In this document: piece by piece, positions 1 to 10,281 of the stretch
Numbering within the stretch: position 1 is the first letter of the stretch
Layout of the letters: each line of letters opens with the position of its first letter
From: a virus
Reading direction: 5' to 3' (one strand)
Virus record (IMG/VR): IMGVR_UViG_3300023112_000009
Span: 32,001-96,000 of that record
DNA length: 64,000 nucleotides
The notes under the pieces: model-generated
What the model saw: the letters and a program-made list of their open reading frames with translations, nothing else
What the model was told of the DNA's origin: nothing
Database searches by the model: none
Made by a program: the position numbers and the translations under genes

Positions 1-35
1 TACAGCGTATTGAATTTCTAGAGCTAATTGCTCAG

Positions 36-572
36 ATGTCTGGTCGCAGTGTGTTTGAACGTAAGTTGTCTTTGAATTCAGTAGATGTTGAATTCTATAA
101 GCAAGAGCTTGATGTTGAGAGTCCAGATGAAGCTCGTAGGTTAGCAAATAAACTTAAGAGACAGGGCGATGACGAGCGTGAGGCTAAGCTTTTAGAGCAA
201 ACACAAAAGATTCGTGAAGCAGAAGAAGTAGCCCAGGCAAGACTTGAAGCACTAGAGACTAGACGTGCATCCGAAGAGATTTCGAAGCCACGTAAGAAGA
301 TTGATGGTGACAAGATTCGTCAAGATGACGCAGATCGTCAACGTCGTTTTACTGAGCAGCAAAACAGTGTAGAGATTACCGCTAAAGAGTGGCATCTACC
401 CATGGAGTCTGACTCTGGTTCTCAATATGAGCAAACCGATAGGTTTCGTCGTGAGATTATGTATCGCGGGTTGTCGTTCGTCAACAACAAGTATGGCACT
501 ACGTCTAACCAAGTGAAGATTGAAGCTCAGCGACTAGGATTGTCCATTAATTGGGACATCGTTAAGCGATAA
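36..572 (+). CDS. hypothetical protein, charged/coiled-coil
   Basis: 178 aa ORF; stop overlaps next ATG (TAATG); true start uncertain near the window edge. Confidence 0.6.
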   Translation: MSGRSVFERKLSLNSVDVEFYKQELDVESPDEARRLANKLKRQGDDEREAKLLEQTQKIREAEEVAQARLEALETRRASEEISKPRKKIDGDKIRQDDADRQRRFTEQQNSVEITAKEWHLPMESDSGSQYEQTDRFRREIMYRGLSFVNNKYGTTSNQVKIEAQRLGLSINWDIVKR

Positions 573-1294
573 TGAAAATGACGAAGGAAAACCTTGAGGG
601 GTTATACGAAACCATGTCACTAGCTGAGATGGCAGAACACCTCAACATGGCACGGTCTACGTTGTACTATCATATGCGTAAACTGGGTGTACAAAGACGT
701 TCTAAGAGTGAGGCACAGACGCAACACTTAAAGAACTCTGCTCATCAAAGGACTGGTAAAAACCATTCTAATGATACCAAGGAAAAAATTTCAGAAGGGA
801 CTCGTCGCTTCTGGGACTCTACCGAAGGTCAGGAACAAAAACGACGATTAGGAGAACTTCGTCGTGAAGAGTGGGATCAACGCTCTCCCAAGCAGCGTTC
901 GCGTGTGCTCAGCCGTCTTCGTACGGCAGATCGCCCAACCCCAGGCAATCTTTCACGTTTTGGTGAAAAGCTCGCCGTGTTCTTGGGCGAAAAAGAGGAT
1001 GTAACTACCGGAATCAGGCTAACACCTGGGCACGTTTCTGATATCATTCTAGAAGCTCGGAAGGTAGTGATCGAACTGATCCTGCCTGTCTCCGTGTACG
1101 GTGACGAGCAAGAGACCAAGATCGAGGGAAGATATAACCGGCTCATCGATCAGTTGAATGATACAGGTTATCGAGTAGTAGTTATTGAGGACCGTTCAAA
1201 TTCTATCTCGCAGGCACGTTGCCAACGAGTGTATGATGAACTACTTCAGTTTTTCGAGAACAAGACCTTACAACGACTGACCATAGTGTCATAA
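572..1294 (+). CDS. HTH + basic repeat + PD-(D/E)XK/Vsr-like domain; probable homing-endonuclease-type protein
   Basis: N-terminal HTH (SLAEMAEHLNMARSTLYYHM), NUMOD3-like GKNHSNDTKEKISE, C-terminal D-I...VVIE...GYRVVVI. Confidence 0.55.
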   Translation: MKMTKENLEGLYETMSLAEMAEHLNMARSTLYYHMRKLGVQRRSKSEAQTQHLKNSAHQRTGKNHSNDTKEKISEGTRRFWDSTEGQEQKRRLGELRREEWDQRSPKQRSRVLSRLRTADRPTPGNLSRFGEKLAVFLGEKEDVTTGIRLTPGHVSDIILEARKVVIELILPVSVYGDEQETKIEGRYNRLIDQLNDTGYRVVVIEDRSNSISQARCQRVYDELLQFFENKTLQRLTIVS

Positions 1295-1301
1295 TGATAG
1301 C

Positions 1302-1970
1302 ATGACTAGACAAATCAAAGACCTGTTTGCAACTAACTGGTGCGACGAACTTGAGGCTGGCGACAAGGCCACCCGTAAAGAAGGGAATGAGGAAATGGAG
1401 GTCGTCCTGTTGGCTGGCCTGCAACGACTTGCTCGTGACGCTGGCATCTGTCGGCAGGCGTGTGTGATTCAAACACACGAAGGCAAGTCAACTCTGGTGC
1501 AAGCGATCTTCACCTCTGTTTTTAAAATGGAAGACGGAGAGGTGGAGTTTGTTGGTACTGCCGACTGCAACAGCAAGAACGTTAGTGGTAAATTTGCATC
1601 TTATCCTACTGCCGTTGCAGAGTCTCGTGCGGAAGCACGTTGTCTTCGCAAGGCACTAGGTATCCGTATGCTGTCTTCCGAAGAGATTGGCTTCCGCGAA
1701 GGGGCCGGTGCTATTGAGGCTTCGCCTAAGGGTAAGGTTGGTAGCTCTGTCGTGAAGGCTATTGAGAAACTCTGTACCGAACGCGGCGTTGACGCTGTGC
1801 AAGTACTAGAGAAGGTGGTGGACGGTGATCGTGCATCAACTATTTTTGAGCTATCTGAACTTACCACAGCGGAAGGGCAGAGTGCAATGGCGTGGCTGAA
1901 CGAGCAGAAGCCCGTCAGTACTAAATCGAAACGTGACGCTAGGAAAGCGGAACTAGAAGCAAAACAATAA
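1302..1970 (+). CDS. Rad52/Rad22-like single-strand annealing protein
   Basis: motif GTAD...AVAESRAEARCLRKALGI followed by a C-terminal helical extension. Confidence 0.6.
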   Translation: MTRQIKDLFATNWCDELEAGDKATRKEGNEEMEVVLLAGLQRLARDAGICRQACVIQTHEGKSTLVQAIFTSVFKMEDGEVEFVGTADCNSKNVSGKFASYPTAVAESRAEARCLRKALGIRMLSSEEIGFREGAGAIEASPKGKVGSSVVKAIEKLCTERGVDAVQVLEKVVDGDRASTIFELSELTTAEGQSAMAWLNEQKPVSTKSKRDARKAELEAKQ

Positions 1971-1972
1971 TC

Positions 1973-2284
1973 ATGGCTAAAGTAACAGTGAAATCCGGCA
2001 GTGTGACTGTCGAAGCAGAAGGACAGAAGGAACTTTTCGAGCTTCTTGCAACTTATCAAGAAGTATTCGGAGCGTCCAAGTGTGGTGGTTGTGGTAAAGA
2101 CAACCTTCGCTACGCTGTCCGCGAGCAAGAAGACTCGAAAGGAAAGAAGCAGAAGTACTACGAACTACGTTGTCAGGACTGCTTTGCCAAGCTTCCGTTT
2201 GGTCAGCATAATGATTCTCCGACGCTGTTCCCCAAGAGGTGGGTACGTTGGGACAAGGCCAACAACGTCGAGGTTGAACTGTAA
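1973..2284 (+). CDS. zinc-ribbon hypothetical protein
   Basis: CGGC...CQDC; tightly coupled to neighbouring genes. Confidence 0.65.
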   Translation: MAKVTVKSGSVTVEAEGQKELFELLATYQEVFGASKCGGCGKDNLRYAVREQEDSKGKKQKYYELRCQDCFAKLPFGQHNDSPTLFPKRWVRWDKANNVEVEL

Positions 2285-2616
2285 TGGAGTTCGGTGACTA
2301 TCAGAAGCAGTCTGCTAGTACTGCTATCTATCCTGGTCAGGGCGAAGTTCTGGGGCTGGCTTACGTCGGCCTTGGGCTTGGAGAGTCCGGTGAAGTTCAG
2401 GGTAAGATCAAGAAGGTTATTCGTGATGACGGTGGCGTGATCTCTGATGAGAAGCGTGCAGCTATCGCTAAGGAACTTGGTGATATGCTATGGTACGTGA
2501 GTCAGACCGCTAGCGAGATTGGCGTAAGTCTTGACGACATTGCCGAAGACAACCTAGATAAGCTCGCTTCGCGAGCGGAGCGTGGGGTACTTGGTGGTAG
2601 TGGCGACGAACGATGA
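2284..2616 (+). CDS. mazG: MazG-like nucleotide pyrophosphohydrolase
   Basis: GESGEV...KELGDMLWY...NLDKL motifs. Confidence 0.9.
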   Translation: MEFGDYQKQSASTAIYPGQGEVLGLAYVGLGLGESGEVQGKIKKVIRDDGGVISDEKRAAIAKELGDMLWYVSQTASEIGVSLDDIAEDNLDKLASRAERGVLGGSGDER

Positions 2617-2903
2617 AAAGACTCAATCAAAAACCTCAGGACAAAAGAGTGTTCAGTTGTCCTCAGTGTAAGAAGTATCGCATGACTCGTCCGCTTGACT
2701 ATGTGGTCAACGAGACGAAGCAAGAATACAAGACGAAGGACAAGGACACGATTGAGTTGTTTGTCGATATTTGTGAATCCTGCAAGGCTCGCAATAACCG
2801 ACAGTATTTCGAGCCCTCCAAGGCTGATATTAAACGCATCCTAAAAGCAATGCAAGAAGACGCCAAGCTTGGCGAGGACCAGTCGCTAGAAGATCTCCTA
2901 TAA
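2613..2903 (+). CDS. zinc-finger hypothetical protein
   Basis: CPQC...CESC; ATGA overlap with mazG. Confidence 0.6.
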   Translation: MKRLNQKPQDKRVFSCPQCKKYRMTRPLDYVVNETKQEYKTKDKDTIELFVDICESCKARNNRQYFEPSKADIKRILKAMQEDAKLGEDQSLEDLL

Positions 2904-4111
2904 TGGCAAGCCACAACAACTACTGGTTCCAGACGTGCCCGACTCGACACAAAGTTTCGTCGGGCATCGTTCGAAATGTAGACGTATTAATCATCGGTGG
3001 CGGGGTCGCCGGTATCAATATGCTTTACAATTTGATCAACGCTGGAGTAACTAATACTTATCTCGTTGAAGAATCGACCGTAGGTGCACACGCCTCGGGT
3101 CGAAGCAGCGGTCAACTCATGTTTCGTGGTTCAAAACTCTTTCATGAGTATGGCGACGAGGCGGGTGCCGAGTACATGAGCTTTATCAAAGAAAACAACA
3201 TGCGTTTTCTCAAGGGTTTACGTGTTGTGAACTTTGATACAGACCTACGTGACACTGGCGGTCTCAGGCTAGCCATTGACGAAAACGAGCTAGAAAAACT
3301 AGAGATTGAGTCAGAGTTTATTCGCGTACACGCTGGTCTCGACTGTCCTATACTGACAAAACAGGACGTAGAGGGGATGTTGCCCCAAACGGGTTTTGTT
3401 GGTGGCATGTTTGTGCCCACGGAAGCTACGTTTAATCCTTACAAAGTCGTCAATGGTTTGAGGGAGTTGGTAGAAAATAAAGGGTCGCGTGTTCTAACTG
3501 ACTGTCAAGTTACCAGCGTCACACCAGACGCTAAAGGGTTCAGTGTTTCAATTCGACACAAGGGAACTATTCGAGCTAAAAAGGTAGTTTATGCGATCAA
3601 TGCTTATACGTCAGAGCTATTACCTGAGCTTGCAGAGTCCCTGACTCCGTTTCGAGGTCAGATGATTGCTACAGATTATCTCGAAGATCAAATTTTACCT
3701 TCGATGAGTATGACCTGTAATGATTGTAACGAATATTTTCGAGTACATAATGGTCGTCTTGTCGTTGGCGGAATGAGACACGCAGTTAGAGGAAAGCAAA
3801 TAGGACTAACCAACGACGGAGAGTTAAGTCCTGTTGTATTCGATAAGCTTCGCGATTTTGTGTCTGGTGCATTGCCGCATATTAAAAATGTAAAATTCAC
3901 GCACTCATGGTCTGGAATCATGTGTGCTACGCCAGACGACTTACCGCTTATTGGTGCCTTGCCCAATCGCCCCAATGAATTTATTCTAAGTGGTTTTAAT
4001 GGTTATGGTTACGGTCATGCATTACACGGTAGCATGATCGTCCGAGACTTAATTGTTTCGGGGGAGTCCAAACGTCCTGGTACACAACTATTTGACCCCG
4101 CAAGATTTTAA
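2903..4111 (+). CDS. FAD-dependent oxidoreductase, DAO/glycine oxidase/PuuB family
   Basis: VLIIGGGVAG Rossmann motif, GASGRSSG-like motif, WSG...TPDDLPLIG, GFNGYG. Confidence 0.9.
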   Translation: MASHNNYWFQTCPTRHKVSSGIVRNVDVLIIGGGVAGINMLYNLINAGVTNTYLVEESTVGAHASGRSSGQLMFRGSKLFHEYGDEAGAEYMSFIKENNMRFLKGLRVVNFDTDLRDTGGLRLAIDENELEKLEIESEFIRVHAGLDCPILTKQDVEGMLPQTGFVGGMFVPTEATFNPYKVVNGLRELVENKGSRVLTDCQVTSVTPDAKGFSVSIRHKGTIRAKKVVYAINAYTSELLPELAESLTPFRGQMIATDYLEDQILPSMSMTCNDCNEYFRVHNGRLVVGGMRHAVRGKQIGLTNDGELSPVVFDKLRDFVSGALPHIKNVKFTHSWSGIMCATPDDLPLIGALPNRPNEFILSGFNGYGYGHALHGSMIVRDLIVSGESKRPGTQLFDPARF

Positions 4112-4593
4112 TGACTAGAGCTTTAGCTGACCATAATTACTGTTCGTACTGCGATTGCGATGTTGTTAACGATCACTGGTATTGGCAAAAGTCAAATAAA
4201 GTTAAGGGCGACGGTTACTGGAAATGTAAGCAGCAAAACCGCGACAACGCTAAGCGGTGGCGTTTGAATAACTTAGACCGTATGCGGTTGCGTTCACATT
4301 TTGATCAAGACAGGAAACACCTTAGAGAATTTGATCTTGATCTTGATTTTTATCGTACTCTTATTAAGCAGCCGTGTTTGTATTGCGAAACACTGCCCGC
4401 TAATGGGGTTGACCGAAAAGATTCTGGGATCGGGCACATAAAGACTAATTGTGTGCCTTGTTGTGCCAAGTGTAACATAATTTTAGGCGACATACCATTT
4501 TCGGCAAAGCTAGAACTGAGCAGCGGACTTCGTAACATACACACGAAGGGATTATTAAATAACTGGGAAGTACCATCCAAAAGACGATCATGA
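4111..4593 (+). CDS. HNH-type endonuclease (free-standing)
   Basis: CLYC...NGVDRKDSGIGH...NCVPCCAKCN. Confidence 0.75.
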   Translation: MTRALADHNYCSYCDCDVVNDHWYWQKSNKVKGDGYWKCKQQNRDNAKRWRLNNLDRMRLRSHFDQDRKHLREFDLDLDFYRTLIKQPCLYCETLPANGVDRKDSGIGHIKTNCVPCCAKCNIILGDIPFSAKLELSSGLRNIHTKGLLNNWEVPSKRRS

Positions 4594-6470
4594 AACTAGA
4601 AGGACTATCACGAGACATTTTCTTACAACGTTACGCCATGCCAGGAGAGGATTCCTGGACACAATGTGCTAAACGTGTCTCGGAGAACATTGCTACCGTT
4701 GAGATAAACGGTGCCGCCCAGGAGTGGGCAACAAATTTTGAGTCAGTGATCGACGCTGGCGACTTCATGCCTGGGGGACGCATCCTTTTTGGAGCAGGCA
4801 GACGCCAGTTCAATATGCTTAACTGCTATCGTCTTCACCCAGAAGATACAGTAGAGTCTATTGGCAAGATGATCAGTGACACCTACCTAATTTCATGTGG
4901 TGGCGGTGGCATCGGGTACAACTTCTCGTCTATTCGACCCAAGGGCGACGACATTCAGACGATTAGGAACTCTGCCCCTGGTGCCGTCTCCGTCATGAAG
5001 ATGGTCAACGAGGTTGGCAACCACGTACGCAGCGGCAAGAATCGCCGTACCGCACTAATCGCCATTCTCAATGTTGATCACCCTGATCTTTTCGAGTTCC
5101 TGCACGTTAAGCTAGACCTTGCACAACTCACTAACTTTAATATTTCGGTTGGCATCACAAACGATTTCATTAAAGCGGTAAAGAAAAACAAGCCGTGGGT
5201 ATTTAAGTTTAACGGACGCACCTATCACCAGTACCACATGAGACGAGTAAGTCCTGACGGTACCGAAACGATCAAGGTGATTGCTTTAAATGAAGAAGAT
5301 GCAGTGGGACGTGCCCAGACTCATCACCGTATCACCCAGGACGACAAGTTCACTCACGTTAGGCAAGTGGACATTATGGCAGCGGATATCTGGGAGACCC
5401 TGATGACCAACGCCTGGAAGAGTGGAGATCCCGGCATCTATAACTTGGACCTCGCCAACACGTTTACTAATGTTTCTTATTTCGAGGACTTGGATTCTCC
5501 GAATCCATGCGGTGAGATTCCGTTGCCCCCTTATGGCAACTGTTGTCTCGGACACATCAACTTGTCCAACATGTTCTCAGAGAAGACTGGTGACGTGAAC
5601 TGGAAACGCTTTGCCAAAGCTATTCGATATGGCGTTCGTTTCTTGGACGATGTTTTGACAGCAAATCATTACCCTATTCCTGAGTGCAAGACCGCTGGCG
5701 AACGTACTCGTCGTATTGGTTTGGGCGTGACAGGACTGCATTATCTCCTGCTAAAGCTGGGGCATGTGTACGGTGACGAGAGGTGTCTTGAGTTCCTAGA
5801 CAGACTGTTCGCTACGTTCCGTAACGAAGCTTACAAGGCGTCCATTGAGCTTGCCAAAGAGAAGGGTGCATTCCCTGAGTTTGACGTTGAGAAGTTTTCG
5901 CAGGAAGAGTTTTTCCAGCAGCTACCTCCACGTATTCAGAACGCCATTAAGAAGTACGGTATTCGTAACGCTGTAAGTCTAACGATTGCACCGTGTGGTA
6001 CGAACAGTATGGTGCTGAACGTTTCCTCTGGAGTGGAACCGATCTTTGCTCCTCTATATGAAAGACGATTCCGAGAGGGGAATGTGACTCGTAAGGAGGT
6101 CGTTACTGACGCTCTGTTTGCTGAGTTCTATAGTCAAGGTAGGGAGATGGAGCATTTCCGTGGTTCTCATGACATTTCTGTTGAGGATCACCTAGCGGTT
6201 CAGTCTACGATTCAAAAGTATATTGACTCCGCGATCTCCAAGACGACGAACCTACCTAAAGATTACCCTGTTGAAAAATTGAGCGAGGTCGTCTTAGAGC
6301 AAGCTCCGTACGTCAAGGGTTTTACGATTTATCGTCAAGGGTCTAAGGGGGGCGAGCCTTTGAAGCCGCTCGATATCTCTAACCCCACCAAGCTGGAAGC
6401 CGCTATGAAGAAAGCTGGAGTTGAAGTACTATCAATCGAAGCTTGTCGTGGTGGAATTTGCGAAATCTAG
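4590..6470 (+). CDS. nrdJ: class II (adenosylcobalamin-dependent) ribonucleotide reductase
   Basis: FMPGGRIL, NPCGEIPL, TIAPCGT, SSGVEP, C-terminal CRGGICEI; no beta subunit nearby. Confidence 0.9.
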   Translation: MKLEGLSRDIFLQRYAMPGEDSWTQCAKRVSENIATVEINGAAQEWATNFESVIDAGDFMPGGRILFGAGRRQFNMLNCYRLHPEDTVESIGKMISDTYLISCGGGGIGYNFSSIRPKGDDIQTIRNSAPGAVSVMKMVNEVGNHVRSGKNRRTALIAILNVDHPDLFEFLHVKLDLAQLTNFNISVGITNDFIKAVKKNKPWVFKFNGRTYHQYHMRRVSPDGTETIKVIALNEEDAVGRAQTHHRITQDDKFTHVRQVDIMAADIWETLMTNAWKSGDPGIYNLDLANTFTNVSYFEDLDSPNPCGEIPLPPYGNCCLGHINLSNMFSEKTGDVNWKRFAKAIRYGVRFLDDVLTANHYPIPECKTAGERTRRIGLGVTGLHYLLLKLGHVYGDERCLEFLDRLFATFRNEAYKASIELAKEKGAFPEFDVEKFSQEEFFQQLPPRIQNAIKKYGIRNAVSLTIAPCGTNSMVLNVSSGVEPIFAPLYERRFREGNVTRKEVVTDALFAEFYSQGREMEHFRGSHDISVEDHLAVQSTIQKYIDSAISKTTNLPKDYPVEKLSEVVLEQAPYVKGFTIYRQGSKGGEPLKPLDISNPTKLEAAMKKAGVEVLSIEACRGGICEI

Positions 6471-6505
6471 ATAACACGACAGACCATTCTGCGTATAATT
6501 GAAAC

Positions 6506-6829
6506 ATGACACAACCCCAATCGAAAGAGAAGTATATTCTAACCCATCCCAAAGACGAGAGCAATGAGGATATTCTGTATCGCTTCATGCTGACCCTCAA
6601 CAGGCGGCTTGCCGAAAAGGTTGGCAGTGAGACTATCGAGTCGCGTCTACTTAAGGCTATCGGCACGTTGGATGGTGTTGATGGTATGCAACAAGGCGGC
6701 ATGTACACCATTGAAGTGGTTATTGCTCGCACGTTTGATCCCGCAGAAGTTATCACGGAACTCAAGCGTCGTTTGGACGATGATGTTCTAAGCGAAATCA
6801 TTACCCCTAACAAAAAGATCATTGTCTGA
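6506..6829 (+). CDS. hypothetical protein
   Basis: 107 aa ORF; TATAAT 6 nt upstream of the ATG. Confidence 0.65.
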   Translation: MTQPQSKEKYILTHPKDESNEDILYRFMLTLNRRLAEKVGSETIESRLLKAIGTLDGVDGMQQGGMYTIEVVIARTFDPAEVITELKRRLDDDVLSEIITPNKKIIV

Positions 6830-6981
6830 TGTATTACACTCCCGCAGTCGTGATTCCTGGTAAGCTCGCACACATCACACTGGCCATGGCTCAATCCATG
6901 GCCAAGAGTGCTGGCACTTACGTCATGGACGACAACTTTAAGATCATTAAAGATTACCGCAAAGATGCAAAGCCACAATAA
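6829..6981 (+). CDS. small hypothetical protein (50 aa, below the ORF-track cutoff)
   Basis: TGATG coupling to the upstream gene; MYYTPAVVIPGKLAH... Confidence 0.45.
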   Translation: MYYTPAVVIPGKLAHITLAMAQSMAKSAGTYVMDDNFKIIKDYRKDAKPQ

Positions 6982-7591
6982 CTCTGTTGAGTTAGTTGGT
7001 TTCTACGGCAGTGACGAGTCCCACGCACTTAGTGCGTGGACTTCTACTAGTAGGGACTTAACTGATGACAAGCGTGGCCGGATGGATAAGATGTTGAACA
7101 CTCTTGCCTCCGCAGGTCACCACACTCCTTTCGAGAAAAGCACGCTTCACTTTTTAGTAAAGAGTGATATCGCTAGCCACATTCACATCATTAAGCACCG
7201 TATTGGTGTCAGTGTGAATGCTGAGTCTGCTCGATATAAAGAATTGAAAGAAGATCAGTTCTACATTCCGTGCGACTGGCCCGAAGATATGGCAGAACAG
7301 TTTGCTTTTGATATGTTGGCACAGTATGACAGATATCATGAGGTGCTTGAGGAACTTGTAGACCGTGGCATGGATAGGAAACGAGCCAAAGAGTCTGCAC
7401 GCTTCTATCTGCCGTACGCAAATCAGATTGTCTCTGATGTATCATTCAACTTCCGATCCTTTATGCATTTTCAAGGCTTGAGAAATAGCGAACATGCACA
7501 AAAGGAAATTCGTTACATTGCACAGGACATGCTAAAGCTCGTTAGAGAGACCGGCATGTTTGACCTTTCCTTAAACTCTTTTGGTTACTAA
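6965..7591 (+). CDS. thyX: flavin-dependent thymidylate synthase
   Basis: GHHTPFE, KHRIGVSVNAESARY (variant of the RHRx7SxR motif), AKESARFYLP, LRNSEHAQKEIR. Confidence 0.92.
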   Translation: MQSHNNSVELVGFYGSDESHALSAWTSTSRDLTDDKRGRMDKMLNTLASAGHHTPFEKSTLHFLVKSDIASHIHIIKHRIGVSVNAESARYKELKEDQFYIPCDWPEDMAEQFAFDMLAQYDRYHEVLEELVDRGMDRKRAKESARFYLPYANQIVSDVSFNFRSFMHFQGLRNSEHAQKEIRYIAQDMLKLVRETGMFDLSLNSFGY

Positions 7592-7592
7592 T

Positions 7593-8099
7593 ATGAATAA
7601 ACTATTCTCTTTTCTAGCTGTTGGTGCCCTCCTTGTTGGAGCGGCATTTACTACTCCTGCTCCTGCTCAGATGACTGCGACAGCAATCCCTATTGGGTGT
7701 TGCCGTATTAACCCTGACAATTACGTTGCTATTAATCTTCGTGGTGTACTAGCTTCTCCTGGACCCGTAGGAACATTCCTGCCTCTTCCGGATACCGTAG
7801 CGACCGTGAATAACGGTGCGATCATTCAGACCGATAAGGCTTTTGTGATCACTGACGTTCGTGTGAGCTACCGCGATGGTGCCACTGGTGATTTCGAGCT
7901 TATGGAAGCTAACCAGGGACAGACCTTCATTCGTACTCTTCTACAAGAAGACAGTATGCTTGACGGCTGGCAGTCGTCCCTTGGTGTGGTAGCCCGTGGA
8001 GACATGGGCGGTGCAATGGGACTTGCCATCAGGGCAGTGAATGGTCCCGACCCAATTCTGTTGGATGTAGAGATTATCGGGTACGCTCGAAATAATTAA
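7593..8099 (+). CDS. exported hypothetical protein
   Basis: signal peptide MNKLFSFLAVGALLVGAAFTTPAPA-Q. Confidence 0.7.
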   Translation: MNKLFSFLAVGALLVGAAFTTPAPAQMTATAIPIGCCRINPDNYVAINLRGVLASPGPVGTFLPLPDTVATVNNGAIIQTDKAFVITDVRVSYRDGATGDFELMEANQGQTFIRTLLQEDSMLDGWQSSLGVVARGDMGGAMGLAIRAVNGPDPILLDVEIIGYARNN

Positions 8100-8209
8100 A
8101 ACATAACACTCAGATACCTTTTCCTCTAGGGAGATGCCATTTTTGGTGTCTCCCTAGTGTATTATTACATGGTCGAGTTTCGTTTCAAGTCTTTAAATAG
8201 GTAAAAGTT

Positions 8210-8653
8210 ATGACCAGTATTGTACAGACATTTGTTGGGTCTGGCACCCTGCCCGCCACAAGGGGCATCCTGCCAGTGAGCCAAAGAGGCAATGAGCCCA
8301 TTGGCCAAGGGGTTCGCACCGGCATTCAGGTCGTAGTTGCGAACCCGGAAGATCTCGTAGCTGTTGATGCCTTTGCAGCATCCGGCATCACCGTGAGTAC
8401 CGGAGTTGTGGAGATCGTTGGGCCGCACACTAATCCTCTGCCTCGTAGCCGCGAGATCATTGTAGAAAACGTAGGTGCTGCTGACGTTTACCTAAGTCAT
8501 CTGCCCACGTTCCCGGCTGAAGATGCTTTCGAGCTATCAACAGAAGGTACAGCGGGTAGAAGCACAAGGGTCACCCTACCATTACTACATAACGTTTCGG
8601 TCTACGCCAAAACAGCAGCCGGTACCACGTCAGTACGTCTTTTGATTTTGTAA
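8210..8653 (+). CDS. beta-rich virion-associated protein (paralog of 8682-9119)
   Basis: shares VGSGTxP, NPED and RxxxVxNxGxxDVxL motifs with the next ORF. Confidence 0.6.
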   Translation: MTSIVQTFVGSGTLPATRGILPVSQRGNEPIGQGVRTGIQVVVANPEDLVAVDAFAASGITVSTGVVEIVGPHTNPLPRSREIIVENVGAADVYLSHLPTFPAEDAFELSTEGTAGRSTRVTLPLLHNVSVYAKTAAGTTSVRLLIL

Positions 8654-8681
8654 GGGACGCCCCTTTTAAGGAGGTTCCCTT

Positions 8682-9119
8682 ATGAATCAGCAATATTTTG
8701 CAACCGTAGGCAGCGGCACAGTTCCGCACACTGGGCACGGACCAGCACACGGCTTTACTCCGGGGGCGTACCCTGGAGCACATAGCAAGGAAGACTTACG
8801 TACCCGAGTAGGCGACGGAGCTATTATCCTCAATCCCGAGGACTTTAGTGTTAACATTGGCCTATCCACTCAGGCGATTATAGTAGCAACCTCGGCATTA
8901 CCTCTGCCTGCCACGCCCCTAGAATATCGCAGGGCGTTAGTTGTACACAACGCAGGAGATGTTGATGTCTTTTTAGGCAGTTCCAATGTAACCACAGCGA
9001 ACGGCATGCCCTTGGCGGCTGGTGAAAAAATCGCTTTTGATATCCAAGGTAATCCGAATGTCGAAGTGTATGCTGTCTGTGCCACGTCGGCTGACGTGAG
9101 AATCATGGAATTAGCTTAG
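8682..9119 (+). CDS. beta-rich virion-associated protein (paralog of 8210-8653)
   Basis: AAGGAGG SD; RRALVVHNAGDVDVFLG...GMPLAAGE. Confidence 0.65.
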   Translation: MNQQYFATVGSGTVPHTGHGPAHGFTPGAYPGAHSKEDLRTRVGDGAIILNPEDFSVNIGLSTQAIIVATSALPLPATPLEYRRALVVHNAGDVDVFLGSSNVTTANGMPLAAGEKIAFDIQGNPNVEVYAVCATSADVRIMELA

Positions 9120-9764
9120 ATGAAACATCAACACACAAACATATTTCAAGAGATTAATATGGTTTCTTGCTATTGGGCTGGATTTTTAGCCGCCGATGGA
9201 TCATTAATTCCTCAACGTAATGTTGTGTCTATTGGTTTAGCTGAAAAAGATATCGATCATTTGCACAAATTACAGACCGTCTTGTCTTGTGGTAATCCAG
9301 TAACCACAAGAGTAAACAATGCGTTTGGCGGACATGTACGATGTGACTTACAAATCACCGCCGCACGGGATCTTATTGAGTCACTTGGTTTAAACTTCAA
9401 CATTACATCACGTAAAAGCCTAACTCTACAACCACCTAGCTTAAAAACAGAAGATAATATTCGTTCTTTCGTCCGTGGTTACATGGATGGCGACGGGTAC
9501 ATTTCACAGTATGGCGGTAAGAACCGACCAAATACATACGTGGGTTTTGCAGGCACACGAGACGTGTTACAATGGATTAAAGAACAAATTCAGCGATCTG
9601 TAAAAGTTGGCAATCCTTCTATTTACAAGCACAAGAACGCTAATGTGTATCAATTGATTTTTGGTGGACGCCAAGCGGAACGCATCTTGGATTGGTTGTA
9701 TGCTGATTCTACACAATCTACTCGTCTTGATCGCAAGTACAAGAAGTATGGGGAGATTACCTAA
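9120..9764 (+). CDS. LAGLIDADG homing endonuclease
   Basis: two motifs, YWAGFLAADGS and FVRGYMDGDG; ends LDRKY. Confidence 0.9.
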   Translation: MKHQHTNIFQEINMVSCYWAGFLAADGSLIPQRNVVSIGLAEKDIDHLHKLQTVLSCGNPVTTRVNNAFGGHVRCDLQITAARDLIESLGLNFNITSRKSLTLQPPSLKTEDNIRSFVRGYMDGDGYISQYGGKNRPNTYVGFAGTRDVLQWIKEQIQRSVKVGNPSIYKHKNANVYQLIFGGRQAERILDWLYADSTQSTRLDRKYKKYGEIT

Positions 9765-10240
9765 TGGTTGGCGTTGGCAGTATCGTATCAGTCGGCGGCA
9801 CCGGAGGCGGTGGTGGTAGCGGTGGTAGCTCTGGCATTCAAAATCTGAATGGTCAGACCGGCCCCGTTGTTACGCTCGTTGGTACAAGTGGTATTGTCAT
9901 TGCTCCTGTTGCCCCCAACATCATCAATATTGGCTTTAATGGATCAACCACCCAATCAGGCGTTCTCGGTGTCAACGGCATCGACGTTCAGCAGGTTGGC
10001 GGTAACTTCATAGTAGACGGAGCATCTCTTTCTGGATTAGGTGTTTCAAAATTCTCTTCTTCTTTTTCCAGCATAACTAGCGGTGTGTTCACACATAGCT
10101 TCAATACCCTCGATGTCATTGTTCAAGTATTTGACAGTGATAGACACGTAATCTTCCCAGATGATATCATTGTGGAGAACGGTGACCAAGTAAGTGTCAC
10201 ATTCAATCAGCCACAAACAGGAAGAGTGGTCATAATATAG
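9764..10240 (+). CDS. Gly-rich tail/fibre-associated structural protein
   Basis: GIQNLNGQTG repeat; C-terminal HSFNTLDVIVQVFD module. Confidence 0.6.
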   Translation: MVGVGSIVSVGGTGGGGGSGGSSGIQNLNGQTGPVVTLVGTSGIVIAPVAPNIINIGFNGSTTQSGVLGVNGIDVQQVGGNFIVDGASLSGLGVSKFSSSFSSITSGVFTHSFNTLDVIVQVFDSDRHVIFPDDIIVENGDQVSVTFNQPQTGRVVII

Positions 10241-10281
10241 TGTACTATTTAATGAGGAAGGTCGCGTAACAGGAGAGCGTC

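Noticed and set aside
5200-5390. Intein or intron in nrdJ
   Set aside because: The apparent ~50-aa insertion lacks C/S...HN splice motifs and the frame is continuous
9120-9764. Group I intron around the LAGLIDADG gene
   Set aside because: Flanking genes end and start within a few bases, leaving no room for an intron core
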